Shown in pieces: positions 1-64,000 of a DNA stretch of 64,000 nt. Each line of letters starts with the position of its first letter. The first letter of the stretch is position 1. A model generated the notes under the pieces. The model ran no database searches. It saw nothing but the letters and a program-made list of their open reading frames with translations, and was not told the origin of the DNA. The position numbers and the translations under genes were made by a program. This DNA is from Tubiluchus corallicola (Eukaryota; Animalia; Priapulida), in the NCBI GenBank assembly GCA_030141605.1, contig JAQGDQ010000867.1:493-64492 (forward strand), in the 5' to 3' direction.

Positions 1-51
1 GTTATTGTAAGCATTTTATTTTTAGAAATTACTTATAAAATAATTCGTTAT

Positions 52-725
<674 letters not shown>

Positions 726-904
726 GCTATGGTATCTAAATTAAAAAAATCATTCGTGTGTCACAAGCATAATAAACTGACTTGTATTTGCATAAAAAAT
801 GCCGTTGTAAACTGTAATAGAGTCATAATAGTGCAACTGTTAGGTTTCTGTTCATCGCTTGACGAAATTGATCTATTGATGACATTATTTTGATATTATT
901 GCAG

Positions 905-5397
<4,493 letters not shown>

Positions 5398-5428
5398 AAA
5401 CTTCATACAGACTTGTTTTACTGTTTAT

Positions 5429-5859
5429 CTTCTTCTTCCCAGCTTTTCCCTATTCGATGTCGCCGTTGTGAATGAGTCTTCTCCACACATTCCTATTGTT
5501 GACCATCTCTTCATTTATGTTCTTCTCTTTAAGGTCTCCATTAATACATTCAATCCATCTCCGCTTGGGTCGTCCTCTTCTTCTATTTCCATCCATCTCA
5601 ACATCCTCATCTCCACCACATCCAGTTTCTTCTCTTCGGTCTTCTTTAGAGTAGCTGCTTCCAGCCCATAGATTAGAGCGGGTCTGACCACTATCTTTGT
5701 GGACTTTACCTTTAAGTCACACCGACTCATTCATAGAAGGTCTTGGCGCAGTTTTTACAGGCGGATGCCCTTCCTGTCCCTAACCCTCCCTATTTATCCG
5801 GGCTTGGGACCGCCACTGAGTAGGGCTGGCTTGCCCCCCCCGCCCCAGTGGCTAGGTTT
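5429..5859 (-). mobile_element. Non-autonomous, internally deleted RTE-clade retroelement with 17-bp TSD and (GAA)n tail
   Basis: TSD CTTGTTTTACTGTTTAT at 5412-5428 and 5860-5876. Minus strand encodes the RTE C-terminal pieces KIVVRPALIYGLEAATLKKTEEKKLDVVEMRMLRWM and DGNRRRGRPKRRWIECINGDLKEKNINEEMVNNRNVWRRLIHNGDIE*. The 3' tail is GAAGAAGAAG. Confidence 0.92.
5780..5859 (-). ncRNA. Twister ribozyme core (P1-type, with extended P3) at the 5' end of the RTE-derived element
   Basis: Minus strand: A-AA-CCUA-GC-CACUG...CAGUG-GCGG-UCCCAAGC-CCGG-AUAAA-UAGG-GAGGG-UUAG. This matches the twister consensus UAA-P2-GC-(P3)-P4[UCCCAAGC]-P2'-GAGGG, with P2 CCUA/UAGG and P3 CACUG/CAGUG complementary. Confidence 0.85.
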
Positions 5860-8800
5860 CTTGTTTTACTGTTTATACAAGTGGTAAAAATGAAACAGTG
5901 TATGTAATTTTAGACCACCAAATAGTTGATAAGCTAAGATTGAAGGAATATGAGAGTTAGTTAAGCGAATGTTATCAAGGAAAATAGCAGTAAACAAAAG
6001 GAAACGATATAAACCGAAATCCTTTGGAAATACTATATTCTTTGTTGAGTTTATCCTCGTTGTACCACGGCTGGTACAACGTAATACGTACGATAAAAAT
6101 ATTGTTCCATATAATGGTACAAATATTAATAGTTTAGTCACTAAAAATTGCAGCAAAAGTTGAATTGATGCACGATTTAAAACAAGGTTGATGAAATTAC
6201 TTTAAATACAGTTAGTAGACAGCATCTAAAATTGGTAAAACACACAAATTTAAAATTTTAAACATTCAATTCAAAGATTAATAAATTTGTACTTTAATGA
6301 TAATCAAAAATTCATGCTAATATCCAGTGATTAGCTAAGTACAAAAAAAAGAACCAATGACAGTTAAATAAGCAATAAATCTTTTATAATATTGTTTAGT
6401 TTTGATTAGATGATGTGTGAAATTAGTGATGGTTATAATCTTGAGAAGTTGGCTTGTGATTCAACGAATAAACGTTAAACACTTGGGAAATTTTGTAACA
6501 ACTTATACGCCAGACCAATCTAAAATTTATGTACGTAGGTTCTCATGTGATTAGTTACAGATGTTAGAAATAATAAAAATTTTTACAGTTTTAAAAGACG
6601 TTTGAAAAAAATTATGTTCAAAGAACATGCTTTGCTGTGATGTGTGATAAAAATGTTTTAGGTGTAGCTTGTCTTTTTACTTGGATTATTGAAAAAAATT
6701 ATGCTTGACCTTTTTTTTTGACCTTTTAATGTACCCGTTTTTGATTGGCTCGTAATTCCATATTTGACAGGAATGAGTGCGTTCTGCCGTTTTGTTGAAA
6801 AAAACGCGATTCGATTATTTAGCTATTTATAGGTTCTATAAAAAAATTGAGTTTAAATTTTTAATATTGTAAATGAAATGAAAAATTTAAATTGAATAAA
6901 TTTGATGAATAAAATAAATTCGTGGTGCGGGTAGAAATCGAAACTTGCAAAAGTCGTATGTCGATAGAAAATTGTTTCTCTGAAACTACTGCTTTACTTA
7001 ATTCAAAGAGAACTTCAGCAGATATATTCTATCACTAGCACATTAGTTTCAAGTATTCAGTTGCTCTGGACTTCTACTGACATTTCACATTTCTTTCTTG
7101 TAGCTATTTACTTACTGACAATTGAAAGTGTTTGTCCCATAGAGATGATAAATCACGCCAATGATAATGTTTTGTATCGTGATCTATGTCTCGGTTCGTA
7201 ATGTTACGGATGCACCTGTGTCGGGTCAGGTGTAGGGCCCTCTACACACCCTGCTTCCACGTCAGCAGTGACTCACCCCTTTCTTGTAGGTCCAGACGTC
7301 TTGTTTGGGCCTACGCGTGGTGTGAGAAGCCAGCTGACCTGGAATGCCAGTATAAGTGTGTAGAGGTCACTACAGCCTTGATTTCTGACACAGGTGCTCC
7401 TAGGGTGTAGTGCTGTTACTGAGTTAGTTAGTTATTTTTTTTTTGTGAACGTGTATTTTGGTTCCCTATTTTCATTAGTGCTGTTAACAAACTCCGTACA
7501 GTGTAGTTTTTGTGTATTTTATTTTATGAGAGTTAAATGACATGCTATAACAGGTATAAGGTACTAGTTTACAGACATTGACTTAGTTAATTAACATAAC
7601 ATTTGTAATTAAGTAATCGGTTACACAACGATAGTAAAATGGAACTTCATGATGCGCAATATCAAGACCGCCATGCCATCTTGGAGTTCGACCCCCTGGG
7701 TCGAATTCAGTCCAGCATTATCGTGAGGGCACACAGTATCTTGCTGTCATGCGCTGATATTTCATGGACTCTTTTTCTTCATGTGAAAATATTTTTCACG
7801 TGTTACTTTAGGGGTTCAAGACGCCGTCCATTATTTAATAACATCGTCTGCACTTTTGCGTGACTAAACCAGCACAAGTATAAAACGAATTTTTAAAAAA
7901 AATCCCAACTATAAACATTTGATTGTGATTATGCACTCAGAGTCAAAGATGGCTAGATAAAGTCTTCCAATTTTTGTAAAATTTAATAGTAGTCGACTGT
8001 TAATTATTAATTACTCGGCAAAAACAATAACTAAAATGGGAACACCTCATCAGTTGCAATACCCCGGAGACTTATGCGTGTTGCTAGAACAGATTACACA
8101 CGTCTCGTGTTTCGGTACATTAACTTTAGATGAGAAAGCACGGGTGCCTACACCATTTAATTCAAAATAACGTATAATCCGAAGGTTTTTATATAATTTT
8201 TGGTACCGAAAATTGTAATTTAAGTAATTTAAATCAACTATTTGAACGTGATACAGATAACGTGATATACTTGATTATCTTCAGTCTCTATGTCTTTCTT
8301 TCAGTCTTTATAGCTTTCTTTGTAATATTATAATATGGTTTATGTTATTTAAGTTGAAATAAAACGCAAATAAAAAATAAATAACAGTAATAAAATAAGA
8401 ATAAAATAGTTGCTAGTACAATTCTTTAAAGATTTTTTTACTTATTTGCTACATTACTTGCCAACAAACCCTGTTTCGTTATACATTGTATTATACAATG
8501 TAGTCAAGCTGCCTGCATTATTCATGTGTTTTCGCTACTGAAATTGAGTTACAGTTCTATAGAGAATTGGTGAGTTTTCTCACTGACTTTTAGATGATCT
8601 TGACCATGCCAGATGAATTATTTATATTAGACGGTTGTGTAAAAATTATTATTCAGTAATATGTACGTATCAAATGTGTACCACTCTATATAAAGCTGAA
8701 GCTATGGTTAATTAAACTATCAGTTGTGATAAATTGTAATGTCAAAATTTCACCTTCAGTGACTGAATATTTAATTTATTCTTTGTATAATACTAACTAC

Positions 8801-9566
8801 CACATTTAGTTTAATATTATATGGCATTACGCTATGCTATATAAATGCTAATATATCCTTATCATCAATGTTGTTGTTGTTATGATATTCGCAAACTGTG
8901 TTTAACCCAAAGAATGTTATTTTGTTAAAATCTAGTTCTAGTCTCAATGACCTAGCGCCATCTTTGATTATCCTTCTTCTCAGCAATTAATTTGTCCATA
9001 TTTCAATTATTGTTTAGCAATTGTAGAACATGTAATGTTTTACGATAATCGTTTTGTTTATGCTGCTGTAAAATAATTATCCAATATTTCATACTTTTAT
9101 AAAGAAGACGGTGGAAAAAGTTATTCTACTCAGTGAAAATCTTAAAATATTGTAAATTAAATATTATTGATCATAATGTGCCTTATGTTCTATGTTCTTA
9201 CGTTCTTTCATGTTCTACATTATAATGTTCATGGATAATGTAGACGAGAAAATAATACCCATTATGAACTTCTTTATGGTTTCTGCCTTGTGTCGTAAAC
9301 GGCAATAATTTCGTTTATATTCATTCTATTTTAAAAAAATCTGTAATACTGTTTACATTTTTCTATAAATTTTTCTGAATAAGTTGCCTGCATGAATTGA
9401 GAACCAGCGGGCAATCAAATACTGAATTGTTCCGTGCTTATCTGTTGATAATTGACTCTTTAAATTATCCTTGTCAGTTAAACTAAATGGAAAGAAAGGA
9501 AAATTTCTGCTAATTAAGATGCTGAGCAGAAACGAGTCCAAATACATTTCTCCCAAGCCTGCTAAC

Positions 9567-10148
9567 GAGGGGCGTAGCCAGGTTGTAAAGTTAGAGGGAG
9601 CAAGCACCTAAAAAGACAATGTGACAGGGGCGTAGCCAGGTTGTAAGTCAGAGGGAGCAAGCACATAAAAAAGACAATGTGACAGGGGCGTAGCCAGGTT
9701 GTAAGTCAGAGGGAGCAAGCACATAAAAAAGACACTGTGACAGGGGCGTAGCCAGGTTGTAAGTTAGAGGGAGCAAGCACATAAAAAGACACTGTGACAG
9801 GGGCGTAGCCAGGTTGTAAAGTTAGTGGGAGCAAGCACATAGAAAAGGCCCCGCAACAAGTGCCAAGCAATTTTTTACGCATTGATTATACATTTTAATT
9901 TTGTGTTTAAAATCGAAACCCGTGGAAGATCCAATTTTAAAGAAAGTACATAACTCGTTAATTCGTTTTTAAAATTAAAACAAAAAGTTTTACAGTAAGC
10001 TCTTAAATCTGAAAATGTAATAAAAACACATAAACGTAAAATGCAAACAAAATGAACAAGTTTTGCCGCTGTTGAAAAGACAACAATTTTGAAAATTATG
10101 CTCAGAGGACAGGTTGGTCCCCTTGCTCCCCTACTAGCTACGCCACTG
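9567..10148. mobile_element. hAT-like non-autonomous element with its left terminus amplified five times
   Basis: Left (c/g)AGGGGCGTAGCCAGG and right CTAGCTACGCCACTG termini; imperfect 8-bp TSD ctgctaac/ctgctcat; ~58-bp units start at 9567, 9625, 9683, 9741 and 9798. Confidence 0.75.
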
Positions 10149-10650
10149 CTGCTCATTATACAGATTGTCTAAAGGTGTGAAAGAAGCCAGAAAATTAATT
10201 ATATTTATGCCGTGAAACTGATTTCATAATTGCATTCTGCATAGAGTTATGAGAAGTTTATTAAACTCATTCCAAATCGCATGAAGAATTATTCATTAAT
10301 TTTGCAACATCTTACACCCTAACCCTTTACTTCTGGGTACCACTCGGTAGACATTTGCTCGGCTAACCCGCGTTGTCGACTGCAATTATTTTTATAATAA
10401 TTGTAAAAATGAGGCTTGACTTATGACAGCGGGCGCCCCTTTTTCTACACACGCGATTGCTCTTGTTTCGCATGCTTCAGTTACCTCTATTTCATGCATC
10501 TTAAGCAAAAAGCGAGTCTTCAGAGGAGGGAATTGTTCAGAGAAGTGGAACGTTTTCCGTTCATTTGCATCAACTTGGCTGTTTTCTTCAGCGCGTCAGG
10601 TAGAAAAAAACTGATACAGAAACTCTAATTATCGCTACTTAATTAGTGCT

Positions 10651-39368
<28,718 letters not shown>

Positions 39369-39694
39369 TATGAAAAAGGACTGCAGCCGCGCCATCTTAA
39401 ATTAAAATTAGTGCAACACCAGGCCTACATTCATCACTGAGATAAATTAACTACAGGGTAGTAACTATTTAGTTTGCAGTGTGAGTACTTACACTTTTGC
39501 AGTCCATAGCAATGCACTTTGCCGAGATGTTTGCATTAAAGCCACAGAGAATAATTAGGCCTATAGAATTAGCTACATGAATTGATTTTGTGTTTTTGTA
39601 GACTAAAGAGGCTAATGTATGTTTAAAATTTATGTTCATATTTCGACTGTACAGTAAACTGTGGCAACTTGTTGTTTTATAATAGACCTTGTAA

Positions 39695-39712
39695 AATAAA
39701 GTTTAAAATAAA
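39695..39712 (+). promoter_or_regulatory. Candidate polyadenylation signals of the TGFBI-like gene
   Basis: Two AATAAA about 330 bp after the stop codon, followed by T-rich sequence. Confidence 0.45.
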
Positions 39713-40452
39713 CAGAATTTTGATATAAACTCGAAATTTACTATTAAATATAGTTTTGTTTCCGGTGCTTTTTGTTAATGGTGCGACAAATGTGGGAAAC
39801 CTGAATTACTCCAAAATTAGTGAGTGCAGATGAGATAAACAAAGAGTTAAATTATTAGAAGAGTATAGCAAAGTGAAAATTGTTTTGCAGTGTGAACGAG
39901 GGATAATGCAATTAACAAAGTTTTTCCTGCGAATGCCATCATTTCGTCAGCCTATCACTTTCGCCAGTACATCATTTTTCTAGTTTGTCATTATTTTTTT
40001 ATTAGTCTATCATTTTCGCCAATGTATCATTTCGCCAGTTGTATATAATTGAGAGTAGATGTCGCGTTTTGTGGACCATTATACGGCTTACTGCGAACGC
40101 GAGCGCTATGCAGCAATAACGGTGCGTGGGCGGATAGCGCAGTTCATAAAATCTATTGAAACTAAAGCAAATGTAACAGAACAGTGACTTAATAAGATGT
40201 TCAGGTTAATTAGTAAATGCTCATTCAAGTCATTAATGTATTCACGCAGTTACCAAATACCCGAGTTAGAACTCGTTCAGTTACAAAGGGTCTCTGAAAT
40301 ATAAAGTTGTTACAACTACCAAGTAATGTGTTACCCAGAGCGCAGACAGATTACTCTAAGTACCTATCATAGCCCACCAAGTGTCCAAGGTAACAAAACA
40401 TCTGCATTTAAAAAATATTCAAACATTTATAAAGTGCCTAAGTTATCTGATC

Positions 40453-41142
40453 CAGTGGCGGCTCGTGTATAGGTACTGTGATACTACAGCGCCCCCTATT
40501 TTCACTCATTATTATCGATAATATGCAATATAATAATCGTTTTCTATAGTTTTTCTTTATACTTGCGCGGAACCAGAGCACGTGAAGGAAGTATAATTTG
40601 CTTCACAGCCCAGCAACGCGGTGTTTGGCTGCTATGCGCATGCGACTATGCGCACATGTCTGAGATAAAACGCTGTACTTTAGGGAAAAAGAGTACTCTC
40701 GCTCACTTCAGTACGTGTTGTCAGTTGCCACGTATTTAAGAGCCGTATGTCGGCATATTCTTGACGAGGGCAAATGTTAACATATTTAGATTTTGCACAA
40801 AAAGATCTAAACACTTCAGCATTGATCCTTAGAAATAAATGCACTTGGGGCATTGCGGCAGGGAGTCCTTGCATAGAGAGAAGAGCAGAATCATGTCCCT
40901 GGACGTTTGATTCATTGTATGATGATGATGATGATATTCTTGAACTGTGACAATTTACGCTATTCGTAAGAAAACAATATTTTTGTTTAGGAGTTGATCA
41001 AAGTTATGTTTAAATTAGTTTGTTTGTTTAAAATTACAATTACAACATTATAATTACATAATCTTATGTTTGTTTCGTTTTACACACTAAAAAATTTTAA
41101 TTTTGCAGCACTCCCACTAATTTCAACTACAAGCCGTCACTG
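40453..41142 (+). mobile_element. hAT-type non-autonomous element
   Basis: CAGTGGCGGCT...AGCCGTCACTG termini; 8-bp TSD atctgatc/gtctgatc; homologous to 46961-47445. Confidence 0.88.
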
Positions 41143-42777
41143 GTCTGATCTACCAAAATTATTAATATTTACACTTAATACGAGTGCCTAAGCTGTAATA
41201 TCATTATTGACGCTGTTATCGTGCCTTGTCACTAAGTGTGCCCTTATAAATATCAACTTTACCAAGGTGCTCAGCTACAAACTGTTGACTTTTTACGTGT
41301 TTGTACGCCAACCTACTTTGCAAAACACAAGAATAAAAAATCAACTTCTCTCAAAATAACTTGTTAGGTACATGATTAATGATAAAAATTAATTGAATTA
41401 TGGTTTAAGCTGTATAAACTGAGCAAAGCAGGTCATAATTTCATGACATTCATACTTAATTTTAATATTCTTATATGCAAAAAACGTTATGGTACATTGG
41501 ATAAAATAATAAAAGCTAGGTACCTCACAAGTTGTTGCCCGATTCCATAGTTTTTTTGTGTGTAGTCTTCAAAAACTAAATTTTAATTACGTCTGTTTCC
41601 TGTAATAATTGCGGAATTTACAGTTTTAATATTTGTAATAGTTGATGTGTTTTAAAATTCGTATCACTGATTTATTGTTATTAATCTTGTTTCATTCGAC
41701 CTGGCCTCAAGCCCGAAACTCGTAGTCTTTGCCATGCCCTCTCTGTTAAATTTACTATTCGCTCCTTAAAAGCAGAGAAGATGCGCAATGTGTCTAGCAC
41801 AGATTTCTTCCTTTGTTCAGTCATCTTTTTTCAGCGTGACTTCAAACCTCTTCGTTTTCTCATCTCTGTTGCTTTTTTAGGAATTAAAAATTATCTGTTT
41901 CGATTTATATTATTTTCAGTTATAACTTCGTAGTTAAACCATAATTATTAGTTTTTTCTCATCGTTCCACATTCCAATATATGTTCTTCAGTTTCATCCT
42001 CTGTTTTTACACACTGAACATATCAAATCTTTTTTCAAAGAATTTTTATAATTACATTTACCATAAACTAATTTCAGTTTAACTTCAAAATCTATTTAAT
42101 TTAACTTTATTTAATAAAGGTCTCTCGTTTCTTCGAACTACATTATATTCACATAAATACTTTTAAATATTCACTTATATACTTTTTAACTCTCCCGTCC
42201 CATAACTCAAAAACCCAAATTTAGTTTCTGTTCTTATCTCTTCTTGCTCGCTTTGTTTAGCGCATTGACATTATTGATGATGATTATCGACAATACAATT
42301 TTAAAAAAAATTGAAGAAAACTACTGGGGGAGCCATGACAACATGAGAAATAAGAAATCGATATTGTTCTAACAGAGTAAGAGTTTGATGTACAGTTTTG
42401 TTGCACCTAGGAAGGAATAATTTAAAAAGAATTTTTTTCTCCCGCCTTACCGTCTTTCTAGCCGCGCTATTTTACTTTGAGTTAAGTATGTTATGAAACA
42501 ACGTTAACTTTCCGTAGAGCTTTCTTTGGGACATCTTTGCTCCACTGGTGATGAGTCGTGAAAGGCTCCAAAAATAAAATTGGAGTAAAGCGAAGTAATC
42601 GCCGGCTAACATAAAGAGTATCTTTATTGCGTCAGTGAGGGAGTCATTGAGAAGTGTGGTTGTGATTTTATTGATAAGGCAGCTGTTTTTACTGGATTTT
42701 TAGTGATTACTAATTTGTCGACAAAATTAAATATTGCTCTCTGTTTCATTTCAATGTAAGCGCTTTGAAGATAAGTC

Positions 42778-62089
<19,312 letters not shown>

Positions 62090-63118
62090 GAAGCCTACTC
62101 AGCCTCTTACAATAGATATGGGTAGAATGTTGTGCATTTTATCTTGAACTTTCCGGACCAGTTTTGCATTACGTTAGTTTTGATGTGTTGAGGACATGTA
62201 TTAATACTCTAGTCTGAACACATGCACAGTTAAGTAGTTTTTAAAGTATTTAGTTACTATGAAAAATGTAGTAAAAAGTAGTTTATTAAGGCCATCACTC
62301 TTGAATACTTTTTGAGTGCCGGCCAGAAAAATTTGACATAGTTGATGCTGTAGTGGTACCCTCATGATAATACATATGCATTATTGTAGCTAGTAACAGT
62401 ATGAAATAGTTAATTCAAAATTAAAAAATTCTTCAGTCCTTCAAACTCACATGTGAGGGTTTCAATTCTTACTTAATAGCTTCTGTTTGATCCTTTCTGG
62501 TACAATTGGTATTCTCCATCATCACCTGTAGATGTAGTATTTAAAGGAAAGAACAAGTCACAAAGTGATCGCGACTTTAAAGCGATTTTACTTGTTATTA
62601 TTAAATCCTTCTAGCATTTTTCGCGAACATTTAAATAAGCCTAACCTCCTCGAAAGCTTGATCTTTCCTTTAAATATGTTGCTATTTATTTTTGCTCATC
62701 TGCAGGCGGTTAAAAATGCCTGCACCGATACACGATGTGTGTTTATATGTACAACTCATAAGCAAATTCGTGTAGCTCTTAACTTATTTTACATGCTTAT
62801 TAATTTTGTATAGATTAATGTAGATAGTGATAAATTTATGTAGTAATTTAATACATAGGCTTTGTACTTTCATTTAAGCTAAGTCTTTAACTTTCGTGCA
62901 CAGTGCATAACTGTTGCTTTCTTGTGTCTTATATAATCCACTGGGTTGGTTATATTTATGTTGTTGGTTTGTGAATTTTATTAATTTTGCAAAAAAGTTT
63001 TTTATTTTAAGAGCCAGTAGCAGTTCTTTTCCATGTTTCTAGTTTGTTAATGATATTGAGTAGTAGATTTAACTGATCTGTATGTTTATGCAGCTGTTTG
63101 TCATTTTAAATGATGCAC

Positions 63119-63493
63119 AGTAAGCCTTTTCACAGTTCCAGCAATTGAAGATGAACGGCAAAGGTCAAAGGTTAATATTTGTGTACACTTGACAATGCCT
63201 CACTGTTCATGCTATTCGAATACTAACAGTTTAAACAGCTAGAATCTTACCTGCTCCATTTTTTCTTGTTCCCAAGCAAGATTCTGCTAGTAAATCACAC
63301 TACACACAGACTAATGCATAATTAAATAAAGGCCATGTAAAACAACTGAAGTCTGTGAACTGATGTGGCAGACGGGTTTACTTTATGCACATGTCATGTG
63401 ACGGTTGTAGTTAAGATGCGTTGCAGTGGTACACTTAACCTTTGACCTACAGAAACTGCACGTGGGCACAACGAAACTGTAAAAAGGCTTATT
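63119..63493 (+). mobile_element. MITE copy of the 56076 family without the array expansion
   Basis: TAAGCCTTTTCACAGTT...AACTGTAAAAAGGCTTATT; a single AACCTTTGACCTACAGAAACTG unit. Confidence 0.8.
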
Positions 63494-64000
63494 GTTGACC
63501 TGTTTTGATTTCTTATCTCTAGTCGCTAGGTTGCACATCGGTTTCTTATTTTTTTACAATCATTTTTTTGTATTTTTGTTGTAATGGTCGATTTTAGTTG
63601 TCTTTTTTTGACATATATACACGTATGTGACAAAATCACTTTTTACGACTTCAGCAGCTAATATTTATTTCAATTTGCGTAGCACATATTGGCCAAACGT
63701 GAATCGAGTTATGAGTGATATTCTTTAGCCTGGCATTACTGAGCATCTTTATTTTAATACGGGCCTGCTTCCTCGTCATTTGCTTCCAAATTTTATGATG
63801 AATTTGAAACTGGTTAAACGTGCAGCATATGTGATGTAGCTTGAGAAAATAACGAAAAATTAATATCCTTAGAATCCATCATAATTTTAGGCGTACTCTT
63901 TATGTTAAGATTATGACAGTGTCTTTGGTTAAGGAATGACAATTGTCGTGTGTGTTATTATGTTTATTGCGGTCGAATGCATGTATTAAAATATTTTTCA

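Noticed and set aside
7202-7552. Possible solo LTR (TGTTACGGA...TCCGTACA or ...TATAACA)
   Set aside because: No matching TSD for either end; the 74-aa ORF has no recognisable motif
9567-9850. CRISPR-like repeat array
   Set aside because: The intervening sequences are near-identical, and the units are transposon termini
41780-42240. Possible LINE ORF1 relic on the minus strand
   Set aside because: Too degenerate and AT-rich to support by eye

Overview
AT-rich, intron-rich genomic DNA from an animal, probably an invertebrate. I assembled three + strand genes by hand from GT-AG exons with matching phases. (1) The 3' end of a secretin/adhesion-class GPCR (TM5-TM7 plus cytoplasmic tail; 5 exons, 905-5397). 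(2) A complete secreted TGFBI/periostin-like protein (signal peptide, EMI/Cys-rich domain, 4 FAS1 domains; 10651-39368, 650 aa, or 680 aa with an extra EMI-like cassette exon at 18952-19041). (3) A complete PGM2-family phosphoglucomutase/phosphopentomutase (18 exons, 42778-62089, 602 aa). Most long ORFs in the track are read-throughs of microsatellites. Introns contain many non-autonomous DNA transposons (hAT, Kolobok, piggyBac, Tc1/mariner, fold-backs), LINE/SINE relics and minisatellites with higher-order structure. The best finding is a 431-bp, TSD-flanked, internally deleted RTE retroelement lying antisense in the GPCR 3' UTR (5429-5859). Its 5' end is a twister ribozyme core that begins essentially at the self-cleavage site.
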